Below, piece by piece: positions 25,121 through 32,000 of a stretch of 32,000 bases of DNA. The first letter of the stretch is position 1. Every line of letters starts with the position of its first letter. The stretch is from Alkalilimnicola ehrlichii MLHE-1 (GTDB taxonomy: Bacteria; Pseudomonadota; Gammaproteobacteria; Nitrococcales; Halorhodospiraceae): the NCBI RefSeq assembly GCF_000014785.1, contig NC_008340.1, positions 810,001 through 842,000 of the forward strand, read 5' to 3'. The notes below the pieces were generated by a model. The model ran no database searches. It was not told where the DNA came from and was given only the letters and a program-made list of their open reading frames with translations. The position numbers were made by a program, and so were the translations under genes.

Positions 25121-26542
25121 CTAGCGCCCCGGCAGCCAGCGCTGCAGGAAGGCAACCAGTTTTCGCGTTCTGTCACTGTAGAGTTGCTCGGTGTAGCGGG
25201 TGTTCACCGCCCGCCGAAAGACCTGAGCCAGGGTGGGGTAGGCGTGTATGGCCGCCGCCAGGGTGCCCACCCGCAGCCGGGCCTGGATGGCCAGCACCGC
25301 CTCGTGGATCAGTTCGCCGGCGTGCGGACCTAACACGCTGGCCCCCACCAGGCGGCCCCGGCGCACGATCAGTTTCGCCTGTCCGGCGGTCTCGCCCTCG
25401 GCCAGGGCCCGGTCGACCTCACGGAAGGGGAAGCGCAGCACCTCTACCTTGAGATTGCGGGCCCGGGCCTCGTCCTCGGTCAGCCCGACGGTGGCCAGTT
25501 CAGGGGCCGTGTAGGTCACCCAGGGCACGACCCGGTAATCCACCTTTTTCGGGATGCGGAACAGGGCGTTGGCAATGACAATTCCGGCCTGGTACTCGGC
25601 CATGTGGGTAAAGGGGTAAGGCCCGCAGCAGTCCCCCACGGCGTAGATGTGGCGGACGCTGCTGCGCTGGCGCCGGTCCACCCGGATGCCGCGCGGGCCG
25701 TAGGCCACCCCGGCCGCCTCCAGGCCGAGATCCAGGTTGGGCTTGCGCCCGGCCGCCAGCAGCAGGGCGTCGGCCGTCACCGTCCAGTGGCTCTCGCCGT
25801 TGCGACAGGCCAGCCGGGTGATCCCTTCCGATTGCTCCACCCGTTCCACGGTGGTGGCGGTGTGCACGGTGATGCCCTCGGCGTCCAGCACCGAGCGCAG
25901 TTCCGCGGCCTGCTCCGCGTCGTCCCGGGGCAGGATCTGTGCGGCCATCTCCACCACCGTGACCTGGCTGCCGAGCCGGCTGAAGGCCTGGGCCAGCTCA
26001 ATACCGATCGGACCGCCGCCCATAACCGCCAGCCGGCGCGGCAGGGTGCGCAGTTGGAAGATGGTCTCGTTGGTGTGGAACCCCGCCTCGGCCAGCCCCG
26101 GCACCGGGGGGACGGCCGGCGCGGATCCGGTGGCGATCACGAAGCGGCGGGCCTGGAGCCGCTCACCGTCGACGCTGACGGTGTCGCGGTCGAGGAAGCG
26201 GGCGTGGCCGAACCGGACGTCCACCCCGTAACCGCGGAAGCGGTCCGGGTCATCGTGGACCTGGATCTGGTCGATCACCTGCCGGACCCGGTCCATGACC
26301 GCGCCCAGGTCCACCGGGCCCAGTTCGGCCTGCAGGCCGAACTCCCCGGCGCGGCGGGTCAGGGCTGCCACCTCGGCCGAGCGGATCAGCGTCTTGCTAG
26401 GCACACAGCCGTAGTGCAGGCAGTCGCCGCCCAGATTGGCACCGGCGTCGATGAGCACGGTCTTCACCCCGAGCTGACCGGCGACACTGGCGGTCACCAG
26501 CCCCCCCACGCCGCCACCGATAATGATCAGATCCTGTTTCAT
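25121..26542 (-). CDS. Class I pyridine nucleotide-disulfide oxidoreductase (MerA/Lpd-like, no metal-binding N-domain)
   Basis: It has IIIGGGVGG, the redox-active disulfide GGDCLHYGCVPSK, a second dinucleotide fold VMGGGPIGIELA, and the dimerisation-domain motif HAYPTLAQ. ATGA overlap with the upstream TVP38 gene. Confidence 0.9.
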   Translation of the reverse strand: MKQDLIIIGGGVGGLVTASVAGQLGVKTVLIDAGANLGGDCLHYGCVPSKTLIRSAEVAALTRRAGEFGLQAELGPVDLGAVMDRVRQVIDQIQVHDDPDRFRGYGVDVRFGHARFLDRDTVSVDGERLQARRFVIATGSAPAVPPVPGLAEAGFHTNETIFQLRTLPRRLAVMGGGPIGIELAQAFSRLGSQVTVVEMAAQILPRDDAEQAAELRSVLDAEGITVHTATTVERVEQSEGITRLACRNGESHWTVTADALLLAAGRKPNLDLGLEAAGVAYGPRGIRVDRRQRSSVRHIYAVGDCCGPYPFTHMAEYQAGIVIANALFRIPKKVDYRVVPWVTYTAPELATVGLTEDEARARNLKVEVLRFPFREVDRALAEGETAGQAKLIVRRGRLVGASVLGPHAGELIHEAVLAIQARLRVGTLAAAIHAYPTLAQVFRRAVNTRYTEQLYSDRTRKLVAFLQRWLPGR

Positions 26543-27228
26543 GCATCCCCCCCGGTGGCCGGTTTCTCATCGGGCAACGGCTGCCGGCGGATGCGGCGGA
26601 TCAGACGGGGCAGAAACAGCACCACCGCCAGCAGGGCCAGGGCGATCAGCACCGCCTGGATGGCGCGCTCGCCCCCAGCGATGGCCTCGGCGCCCGCGTA
26701 GCCGAGCCAGGTGTAGGCCAGTGCCCCGGGGGCCATGCAGACGAACGTCGCGATCAGGTAGTGGGCGAGCGGGATGCGGGTCAGCCCCAGGGCGTAGTTG
26801 AGCAGGTTGAAGGGGAACAGTGGCACCAGCCGGGTCAGGGCGACGAAACGCCAGCCCTCGCGCTCCACCCCGGCGATGACGCGGCCGAGCTGGCCACCGG
26901 CCTTGCGTGCCACCCAGTCAGCGGCCAGATGGCGGGCCACCAGGAAGGCCAGTCCGGCACCCACGGTGGCCCCGATCAGGCTGTAGAGCGTGCCCCAGAG
27001 CGGGCCGAAGAGCACACCCCCGGCGAGGGTGAAGACCGAACCGGGGACGAAGCCCACCGCCGCGATCGCGTAGGCCCCCATAAAGGCCAGGGGCGCCCAG
27101 GGCCCCAGGTCATCCAGTGTGGCCCGCAACACGTCCACCTGCAGGTGGTCGCGCAAGGCCCAGGCCAGGGCGATGACCAGGGTCAGCCCGAGGACGATGA
27201 GTGCTTTGCGGATGAGCCGGCGCGGCAT
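26539..27228 (-). CDS. TVP38/TMEM64 (DedA/SNARE-associated) family membrane protein
   Basis: 229 aa, 5-6 hydrophobic helices, with FVPGSVFTLAGGVLFGPLWGTLYSLIGATVGAGLAFLVAR and RLVPLFPFNLLNYALGLT typical of the family. Confidence 0.85.
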   Translation of the reverse strand: MPRRLIRKALIVLGLTLVIALAWALRDHLQVDVLRATLDDLGPWAPLAFMGAYAIAAVGFVPGSVFTLAGGVLFGPLWGTLYSLIGATVGAGLAFLVARHLAADWVARKAGGQLGRVIAGVEREGWRFVALTRLVPLFPFNLLNYALGLTRIPLAHYLIATFVCMAPGALAYTWLGYAGAEAIAGGERAIQAVLIALALLAVVLFLPRLIRRIRRQPLPDEKPATGGDA

Positions 27229-27243
27229 GGGTTCCCCCGGTGC

Positions 27244-27277
27244 GTAGGATTTGACTGTCAGTATCCTGGAATCCTAC
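27244..27277. promoter_or_regulatory. Nested inverted repeat in the gap between the polytopic membrane gene and the TVP38 gene
   Basis: GTAGGATT (27244-27251) and AATCCTAC (27270-27277) enclose the palindrome TGACTGTCA (27252-27260). AGTATCC is directly repeated at 27260 and 27285. Confidence 0.25.
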
Positions 27278-27321
27278 ACCGGGGAGTATCCGTAATACCC
27301 GAACCCGCGCACCGGGTGGGG

Positions 27322-28533
27322 TCAGGCCCGCGCGGGGCTCGGGCGGCTGGCGGCGTTGCCAAAATGCTTTCGGTTCAGTTGCATCACTAGCCAGATGGTG
27401 GCGGCGTGGAAGGCCAGGGCGACCCCGGTGATCGTCCAGTAGAGACCGCCGTACGCCGCGATGGCACCACTGTCGGCCAGTGCGACATTGACCCAGAAGT
27501 GCAGCATGACGGTGATGGCGACACCGGGGCAGACCAGCGTGTAGCTGCCGGGTGAGCGCTCCGACCCGGTGACAAACCGTCGGAAATAGCCATACCGGCG
27601 CAGGACCACCCAACCCAGCAGCCCGAATGCGACCTGGGCCATCAGTAGCGTCGTCAGCAGGCCAAACCCTTGTACCCCACCGACCCCGTCACCGAGCACC
27701 TCGATACCGTGACCCTGGCGCAGCAGGGCGATGCTCAGGACCGTCAGGATGGGCACCACGATCCAGAGGCTGGGTGCGGTCTCTGGGTTGGCCCCCTGGT
27801 CGAGCATGCCCCTTATTCCCAGGATGAGTTGCACGGTGCCGCTGATGATGGCGGTGACGATGAAAAAGCTCGAGAGCACCAGGCTGACCAGGACGGTCAG
27901 GCTGTTCTCGCTCATGGCCGCGGGGGCGGCCAGCCCGACCCCGATCATGGACAAGGCGAACGCCGGCAGCAGTTGGGCGAAGCTATTGTTCTTGGTGCAA
28001 TCAAAATTGCCCTCGGTGAGCACTCGCCCCCAGAAATCGCGCAGCAGCATCAGCGCCCAGACGCCGACCGCCAGGAAGGCCAGCAGGGCCATCGGGAACA
28101 GCCACTCGACAATCTGCCAAAGGCCGGGGACGAAGGCCATGCCCAGCACGAAGCCGACGTTGATGCTCATGGCGAGCGTCAGCGGTCCGGCGAGCAATTG
28201 GGTCTCCGCGTTGCTCTCGCGCAGCGCCCGGTAGGCGGCGGTGCGTCGAAAGGCCTGGAAGCTCTTTAGGTTCCAGGCCAGCAACCGAAAGTGCAGGACC
28301 GAGAAATAGGCGATGCCGAGCCACGCCCCGATTAGGGCCAGCTGCTGGTAGAGCGGACCCTGGCCCAGGACGCCGATCAGTTCGTCGAATACCGGCATGG
28401 GGGTTTCGCTGTAGGGCATCCAGTGCATCAGCCACATGAAGAAGGCAACACCCAATCCCCCGGCGCCCAGGGCCGCCAGGAAATAGAGCGGTGAGTACTG
28501 CTCCGGTGGGGTGTGGGGCAGGCGTTGCAGCAT
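27322..28533 (-). CDS. Polytopic integral membrane protein of unknown family (about 10 TM; possibly TehA/TDT-like)
   Basis: ATG at 28533 lies 6 nt after GGAGGAG; the track start at 28572 is upstream of that RBS. It is hydrophobic throughout. The N-terminal PLYFLAALGAGGLGVAFF loosely resembles the first helix of TDT/SLAC1-type transporters. Family assignment is not secure. Confidence 0.7.
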   Translation of the reverse strand: MLQRLPHTPPEQYSPLYFLAALGAGGLGVAFFMWLMHWMPYSETPMPVFDELIGVLGQGPLYQQLALIGAWLGIAYFSVLHFRLLAWNLKSFQAFRRTAAYRALRESNAETQLLAGPLTLAMSINVGFVLGMAFVPGLWQIVEWLFPMALLAFLAVGVWALMLLRDFWGRVLTEGNFDCTKNNSFAQLLPAFALSMIGVGLAAPAAMSENSLTVLVSLVLSSFFIVTAIISGTVQLILGIRGMLDQGANPETAPSLWIVVPILTVLSIALLRQGHGIEVLGDGVGGVQGFGLLTTLLMAQVAFGLLGWVVLRRYGYFRRFVTGSERSPGSYTLVCPGVAITVMLHFWVNVALADSGAIAAYGGLYWTITGVALAFHAATIWLVMQLNRKHFGNAASRPSPARA

Positions 28534-28580
28534 GAGGGCTCCTCCGTATTCTTGCGTTGGAGCGGCATCCAATCGCTCAG

Positions 28581-28614
28581 TGAATCAATATATTCATGAA
28601 AGATAATATGTGAC
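28581..28614 (-). promoter_or_regulatory. Candidate promoter (-35 GTCACA, 16-nt spacer, -10 TATATT on the minus strand) with an overlapping AT-rich dyad
   Basis: The plus-strand sequence TGAATCAATATATTCA at 28581-28596 has TGAAT/ATTCA arms. The -10 maps to 28587-28592 and the -35 to 28609-28614. It lies in a conspicuously AT-rich island upstream of the membrane protein gene. Confidence 0.3.
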
Positions 28615-28660
28615 TGGGGCGCGGTCAAATGCCCGCCCTGTGGCGGGTTGCCGCAGGGGG

Positions 28661-29281
28661 TCACGGCCGGTATTCGGGCCAATCGGGCGGCAGGTGGCGT
28701 AGATCGCCGGGCTCGTCGATATCGTGCAGGGTGGGGCAGTGGTGCAGGGACCACCCCAGGGCACTGAGGCGGGCGGCGGTCACCTGGCAGACCGTGGGGG
28801 TGCTCCAGGGCACATCCCGAAAGAGGTCCGGGTGGCAGTGGTTGAAGCCAAGGGCGGCGTAGCCGCCGTCCGCCACCGGTGTGATCGCCGCATCGGCATC
28901 GCCCAGCGCGCGCGCCATGGCGTGCAATCGGTCGGCGGTCAGAGCGGGGCAATCGGTGCCCATCAACAGTGCCGGTCGGCCGCCGGCGATCACCCGTCCG
29001 GCGGCACGGGCTAGCCGGGCACCCAGATCGCCGTCGCCTTGGCCGCTGAGGATCAGCCCCGGGGGCAGTTCCACTGCCCCCCAGGCCCTGTCGTCATCCG
29101 GGCTGCGACAGAGCTCCACCGGTCCCAGGTCCGCCCGGAGGGCCTGAGCCAGCGCGTGGGCCAACAGCCGGGCGGCGAGTTCGGCGGCGCCCGCCGGGCC
29201 GAGGGCTGGGATCAGGCGCGTCTTCACCCGGCCGGGGCGCGGGGCCTTGGCAAAGACCACCGTGTGCACGGTCGGGGTCAT
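28661..29281 (-). CDS. DUF2064-type transferase (TIGR04282-like, 'rSAM/selenodomain-associated transferase 1')
   Basis: ATG at 29281 forms an ATGA overlap with the GT2 stop. It has VVFAKAPRPGRVKTRL, GDLGARL, LMGTDCPAL, PVADGGYAALG and VPWSTPTV motifs. The track start at 29344 would overlap GT2 by 67 nt. Confidence 0.8.
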   Translation of the reverse strand: MTPTVHTVVFAKAPRPGRVKTRLIPALGPAGAAELAARLLAHALAQALRADLGPVELCRSPDDDRAWGAVELPPGLILSGQGDGDLGARLARAAGRVIAGGRPALLMGTDCPALTADRLHAMARALGDADAAITPVADGGYAALGFNHCHPDLFRDVPWSTPTVCQVTAARLSALGWSLHHCPTLHDIDEPGDLRHLPPDWPEYRP

Positions 29282-29982
29282 CGATAACGCTGTGCCAGCC
29301 GGTCGGCCGGCACCCCCCGCCAGTAATCGAAACGCAGGCGCCACATAAGCAGAATGGTCGCAGCGACGCCGTGGCGCTCCCAGCGCCGGCCCGAGGTGAG
29401 CACCTGCTCGGGCAGGCAGGCGGGGGGGCCAAGCCGCTTCAGGCGTCGGCTCATCTCGATGTCCTCCATCAGCGGTTGGTCGGGGAAACCGCCGACCGCG
29501 TCGAAGGCCTCACGGCGCATGAACAGCGCCTGATCGCCGGTGGCGATGCCGGTGAGCCGTGAGCGCCGGTTCATCAGTGCGGCAACCACGGGGAGCAGCG
29601 GGTGTCGACCGCTGATGGTGACATCAAAGCGGCCCCAGACCGGGGCCGGAGCGCCCAATGCCTGTTGCACCAGGCGGTCGGCACCGGCGGGCAGCCGGGT
29701 ATCGGCATGCAGAAACAGCAGCAGCGGGTGGCGGGTGGCCCGGGCGCCCGCGTTGAGCTGGCGGGCACGGCCCGCCGTGGCCGTGATCATCCGCAGCCCG
29801 TGGGCCTGCGCTGCCGCCGGCGTGTCATCGTGACTGCCGCCGTCCACCAGCAAGATCTCATGCCCCGGGGCCAGCGCAGTACTACGCAGGTTGCGGGCCA
29901 GGGCGGGGATCTGGCCGGCCTCGTTCAATACCGGCACGATCACCGAGAGCGGCGGCGTTGTGTGCGGGCTTTGCGTGTTCAC
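29278..29982 (-). CDS. Family 2 glycosyltransferase (TIGR04283-like, 'rSAM/selenodomain-associated transferase 2')
   Basis: It has LSVIVPVLNE, LLVDGGSHDDT, GRARQLNAGA, LLFLHADTRLP, TGDQALFMRREAFDAVGGFP, LMEDIEMSRRL and TSGRRWERHG. GTG start with a weak RBS. Confidence 0.83.
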   Translation of the reverse strand: MNTQSPHTTPPLSVIVPVLNEAGQIPALARNLRSTALAPGHEILLVDGGSHDDTPAAAQAHGLRMITATAGRARQLNAGARATRHPLLLFLHADTRLPAGADRLVQQALGAPAPVWGRFDVTISGRHPLLPVVAALMNRRSRLTGIATGDQALFMRREAFDAVGGFPDQPLMEDIEMSRRLKRLGPPACLPEQVLTSGRRWERHGVAATILLMWRLRFDYWRGVPADRLAQRYR

Positions 29983-30058
29983 GCTGTCAGTATGGCATCA
30001 CCGCGCCGGTGATCATCCATATCGGGTGGTGGCCGGTCCGGCCTTGCCGGTGGTGCGA

Positions 30059-30724
30059 TCAGTGCTCCTCCACCGGCAGGCCCGCCGCCCGCCATTCCGG
30101 GTAGCCGTCGGCCAGGCGCCGGGCCTGCAGCCCGTGTTCGCGCAGCACCCGCACCGCCTTGTGGGCGAGGGCGCAGTAGGGGCCGCGACAGTAGGCGACG
30201 ACCTCGCGATCCGGCGGGAGGTCGCGCAACCGGCGCTCCAGCTCCGCGGCGGGGATGTTGATGGCCCCCGGCAGGTGCCCGGTCCGGTACTCCTGCTCGG
30301 GCCTGACGTCGAGCAGGGTTACCAGGCCGTCACGAAGGCGCGCGGTGAGGTCGTCGGCGTGGATCGCCTCCAACGTCTGTGACCCCTCGAAGTAGCTCTC
30401 GAGCAACTGCTGCATCTCCACGATATTGTGTTCCGCCACCCCACGTAATGCCGCCAGCAGGCCGACCACGTTGTCGTCGGTGATGCGGTAGTGGACGTAC
30501 TTTCCCTCCCGCCGTGGCCGGACCAGGCCGGCCCGGCGCAGATGTTGGAGGTGTTGCGACACCGTGGCCACCGGCAGCCGGGTGAGCTCGGTCAGTGCCT
30601 CCACGGTGCGTTCGCCCTGGGCCACGTACTCCAGCAGCTCCAGGCGGTAGGGGTGCCCCAGGGCCTTGCCCAGGGTGGCCAGCTGTTCGAGGAGGTCGCG
30701 CTTTTCTGGGCGGATACGGGACAT
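30059..30724 (-). CDS. ArsR/SmtB-family transcriptional regulator fused to a C-terminal rhodanese domain
   Basis: ATG at 30724. It has the wHTH region LGHPYRLELLEYVAQGERTVEALTELTRLPVATVSQHLQHLRRAGLV. The rhodanese part is LLDVRPEQEYRTGHLPGAINIP...VVAYCRGPYCALA, with the active-site loop CRGPYC. Confidence 0.88.
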   Translation of the reverse strand: MSRIRPEKRDLLEQLATLGKALGHPYRLELLEYVAQGERTVEALTELTRLPVATVSQHLQHLRRAGLVRPRREGKYVHYRITDDNVVGLLAALRGVAEHNIVEMQQLLESYFEGSQTLEAIHADDLTARLRDGLVTLLDVRPEQEYRTGHLPGAINIPAAELERRLRDLPPDREVVAYCRGPYCALAHKAVRVLREHGLQARRLADGYPEWRAAGLPVEEH

Positions 30725-30775
30725 GGGGGCTCTCACGGGTGGTGTTCGGCGTGTGGGATCGCATACGCTGGCATT

Positions 30776-30795
30776 ATTATAATACATTCCAGAAT
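30776..30795. promoter_or_regulatory. AT-rich divergent promoter region: palindromic ATTATAAT (a TATAAT on both strands) plus the dyad ATTC-CA-GAAT
   Basis: ATTATAAT lies at 30776-30783 and ATTCCAGAAT at 30786-30795. This is the only AT-rich stretch between the divergent regulator and rubredoxin-fusion genes. The -35 elements are weak. Confidence 0.3.
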
Positions 30796-30981
30796 ATGAA
30801 ATACAGATGCCGGCGGCGCCGCTTGCCCGTCATTAACGGGGTCGGCTCATCAGCACCGCATCGACATCATGCGCGCGATGCGTGAGACTCAGGGGCGCGT
30901 CAACCGCTATTTGGGCAAGCATTTTGGGCCGCTGGGTGAGGAGCTGGAGCGCCTCGGGGCCACCTGACCGAGGGAGGAGCC

Positions 30982-32000
30982 ATGGGCAGACCCTACCGAC
31001 GCTACCTGTGCCGCGTCTGCGGTTATATCTACGACGAGGCCAAGGGCGATCCTGACGGGAGTCTGCCTCCCGGCACCCGCTTCGAGGACATCCCGGATGA
31101 CTGGGAATGCCCCGACTGCGGGATGCGCAAGGTCGAGTTGGATCTCCTTGAGGAGGGCGACGACGGCGGGGGCAGCCCCAAGATCCGCACGGGGTCGGCG
31201 CGCCCACAGGATCCGGGGCCGGGTCAGGACCCGCACCCGGTGGTTATTGTCGGGGCCGGTATGGCTGGTTGGGCGGTGGCGGAGGGGGTGCGGGCCCAGG
31301 ACGAGGGCCGCGCCATCACCCTCGTGACCCAATGTAACGGGGACGTCTATTACAAGCCCCAGCTGTCGGCGGCGGCCGCGCGTGGGCGGGGCCCGGATGA
31401 GCTCATTCAGGCGACCGGCGAGGACAAGGCCCGGGCCCTGGGGGTGAATCTGCTGGCCCGTACCCGGGCGTTGCGCATCGACACCGACCGGCGCCGCCTG
31501 ATCACGCCGCGTGGCGGTATCCCCTTCGGTGACCTGGTCCTGGCCTGCGGCGCCCGCCAGCCCCGCCCGAGGCTGGCGGGGGACGCGGCCGGCGACGTGC
31601 TGCAGGTGAACGACCTGGCCGATTACCGGCGGCTCCGTGAACGGGTGGATGTCCACGACTCGGCACGGGTCTTTATCCTCGGTGCCGGGCTGATTGGCTG
31701 CGAGTTCGCAGAGGACCTCTCCGGCGCCGGCCATGCGGTGACTCTGGTGGACATCGCCGAGCGGCCGCTGGCGCGGCTGCTGCCCGTGCCCCTGAGCGCG
31801 GACCTGGCATTGGCGCTGGATGACAAGGGCGTGGCGCTGCACATGGGCCGGACCGTGGACGCGGTGGACCGGGCCGCGGATGGGGGCTATCGGGTGATGC
31901 TGGACGATGGTGGGGTCGTGGCCGCGGACGTGGTGGTCAGTGCCCTGGGCCTGATCCCAAACACCTATCTGGCGACCCGGGCCGGGCTGTCGGTGGGGCA
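30982..32000 (+). CDS. Rubredoxin domain fused to an FAD-dependent pyridine nucleotide-disulfide oxidoreductase (rubredoxin reductase-like); 3' end off-window
   Basis: This gene is not in the supplied ORF track because no stop occurs in the window. ATG at 30982 follows AGGGAGGAG. My own translation is [50 protein letters not shown] (rubredoxin CxxCG...CPxCG), then a Gly/Pro linker, then [16 protein letters not shown] and [17 protein letters not shown] dinucleotide folds. The frame stays open to position 32000. Confidence 0.85.
   Translation, partial: MGRPYRRYLCRVCGYIYDEAKGDPDGSLPPGTRFEDIPDDWECPDCGMRKVELDLLEEGDDGGGSPKIRTGSARPQDPGPGQDPHPVVIVGAGMAGWAVAEGVRAQDEGRAITLVTQCNGDVYYKPQLSAAAARGRGPDELIQATGEDKARALGVNLLARTRALRIDTDRRRLITPRGGIPFGDLVLACGARQPRPRLAGDAAGDVLQVNDLADYRRLRERVDVHDSARVFILGAGLIGCEFAEDLSGAGHAVTLVDIAERPLARLLPVPLSADLALALDDKGVALHMGRTVDAVDRAADGGYRVMLDDGGVVAADVVVSALGLIPNTYLATRAGLSVG

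Noticed and set aside
27274-27324. Selenocysteine read-through of the TGA stop of the polytopic membrane protein. I also checked for Sec in the ArsS-type protein, whose family includes selenoproteins.
   Set aside because: Read-through would add only 16 residues (PHPVRGFGYYGYSPV after the recoded position), with no redox motif before a TAG. The ArsS-type protein encodes Cys (SSCGG) at the family's Sec position. I saw no obvious SECIS-like hairpin immediately 3' of the TGA.
30869-30967. A 32-codon ORF ([32 protein letters not shown]) just upstream of the rubredoxin-fusion gene.
   Set aside because: It has no convincing RBS and no recognisable motif, and it lies in the probable 5' leader or promoter region. 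It could be a leader peptide, but the sequence alone does not support that.
1-32000. Mobile elements, prophage or genomic island signatures, and tRNA or rRNA genes.
   Set aside because: I recognised no transposase, integrase or phage motifs in any frame. There are no terminal inverted repeats apart from the REP-like units, and no cloverleaf-compatible sequences in the intergenic gaps. Composition appears uniformly GC-rich apart from short promoter-like AT islands.

Overview
GC-rich bacterial chromosomal window (roughly two-thirds G+C by eye, not computed). The gene content (proVWX, an Mrp-like antiporter, acidic protein tails) suggests a halophilic or alkaliphilic gammaproteobacterium; this is inference. 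All family calls rest on motifs I recognise in the translations, since no searches could be run. Order, left to right: sufD (partial)-sufS-sufU; an RND efflux pair (lipoprotein adaptor plus AcrB-like pump); proV-proW-proX; a small hypothetical membrane protein; an array of about 80-bp palindromic REP-like repeats in a convergent gap; a DUF4382-like lipoprotein (minus strand); hemH, chained by overlapping stop/start codons to a 7-gene Mrp-like cation/proton antiporter module in the order E-F-G-(A'B fusion)-C-D-D; an NrtR-type Nudix regulator preceded by a perfect palindromic operator, then nadA and a YnfM-like MFS transporter; a solitary class I phaC; and a zinc-ribbon sirtuin. The most interesting part is a minus-strand block at 24.1-30.7 kb. 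It holds an ArsR-rhodanese fusion regulator, a GT2 transferase, a DUF2064 transferase, a polytopic membrane protein with its own AT-rich promoter, a TVP38/DedA-like protein, a CxxxxC flavoprotein disulfide reductase and an ArsS-type radical SAM/Cys-rich protein. This resembles the 'rSAM/selenodomain-associated' (arsenosugar-type) gene set, but the window has no arsM and the block carries extra redox and membrane genes. Diverging from it is a rubredoxin-flavoprotein reductase fusion that runs off the right edge and is absent from the supplied ORF track. No rRNA, tRNA, CRISPR array, transposase or integrase was recognised. Most long antisense ORFs in the track look like high-GC artefacts.
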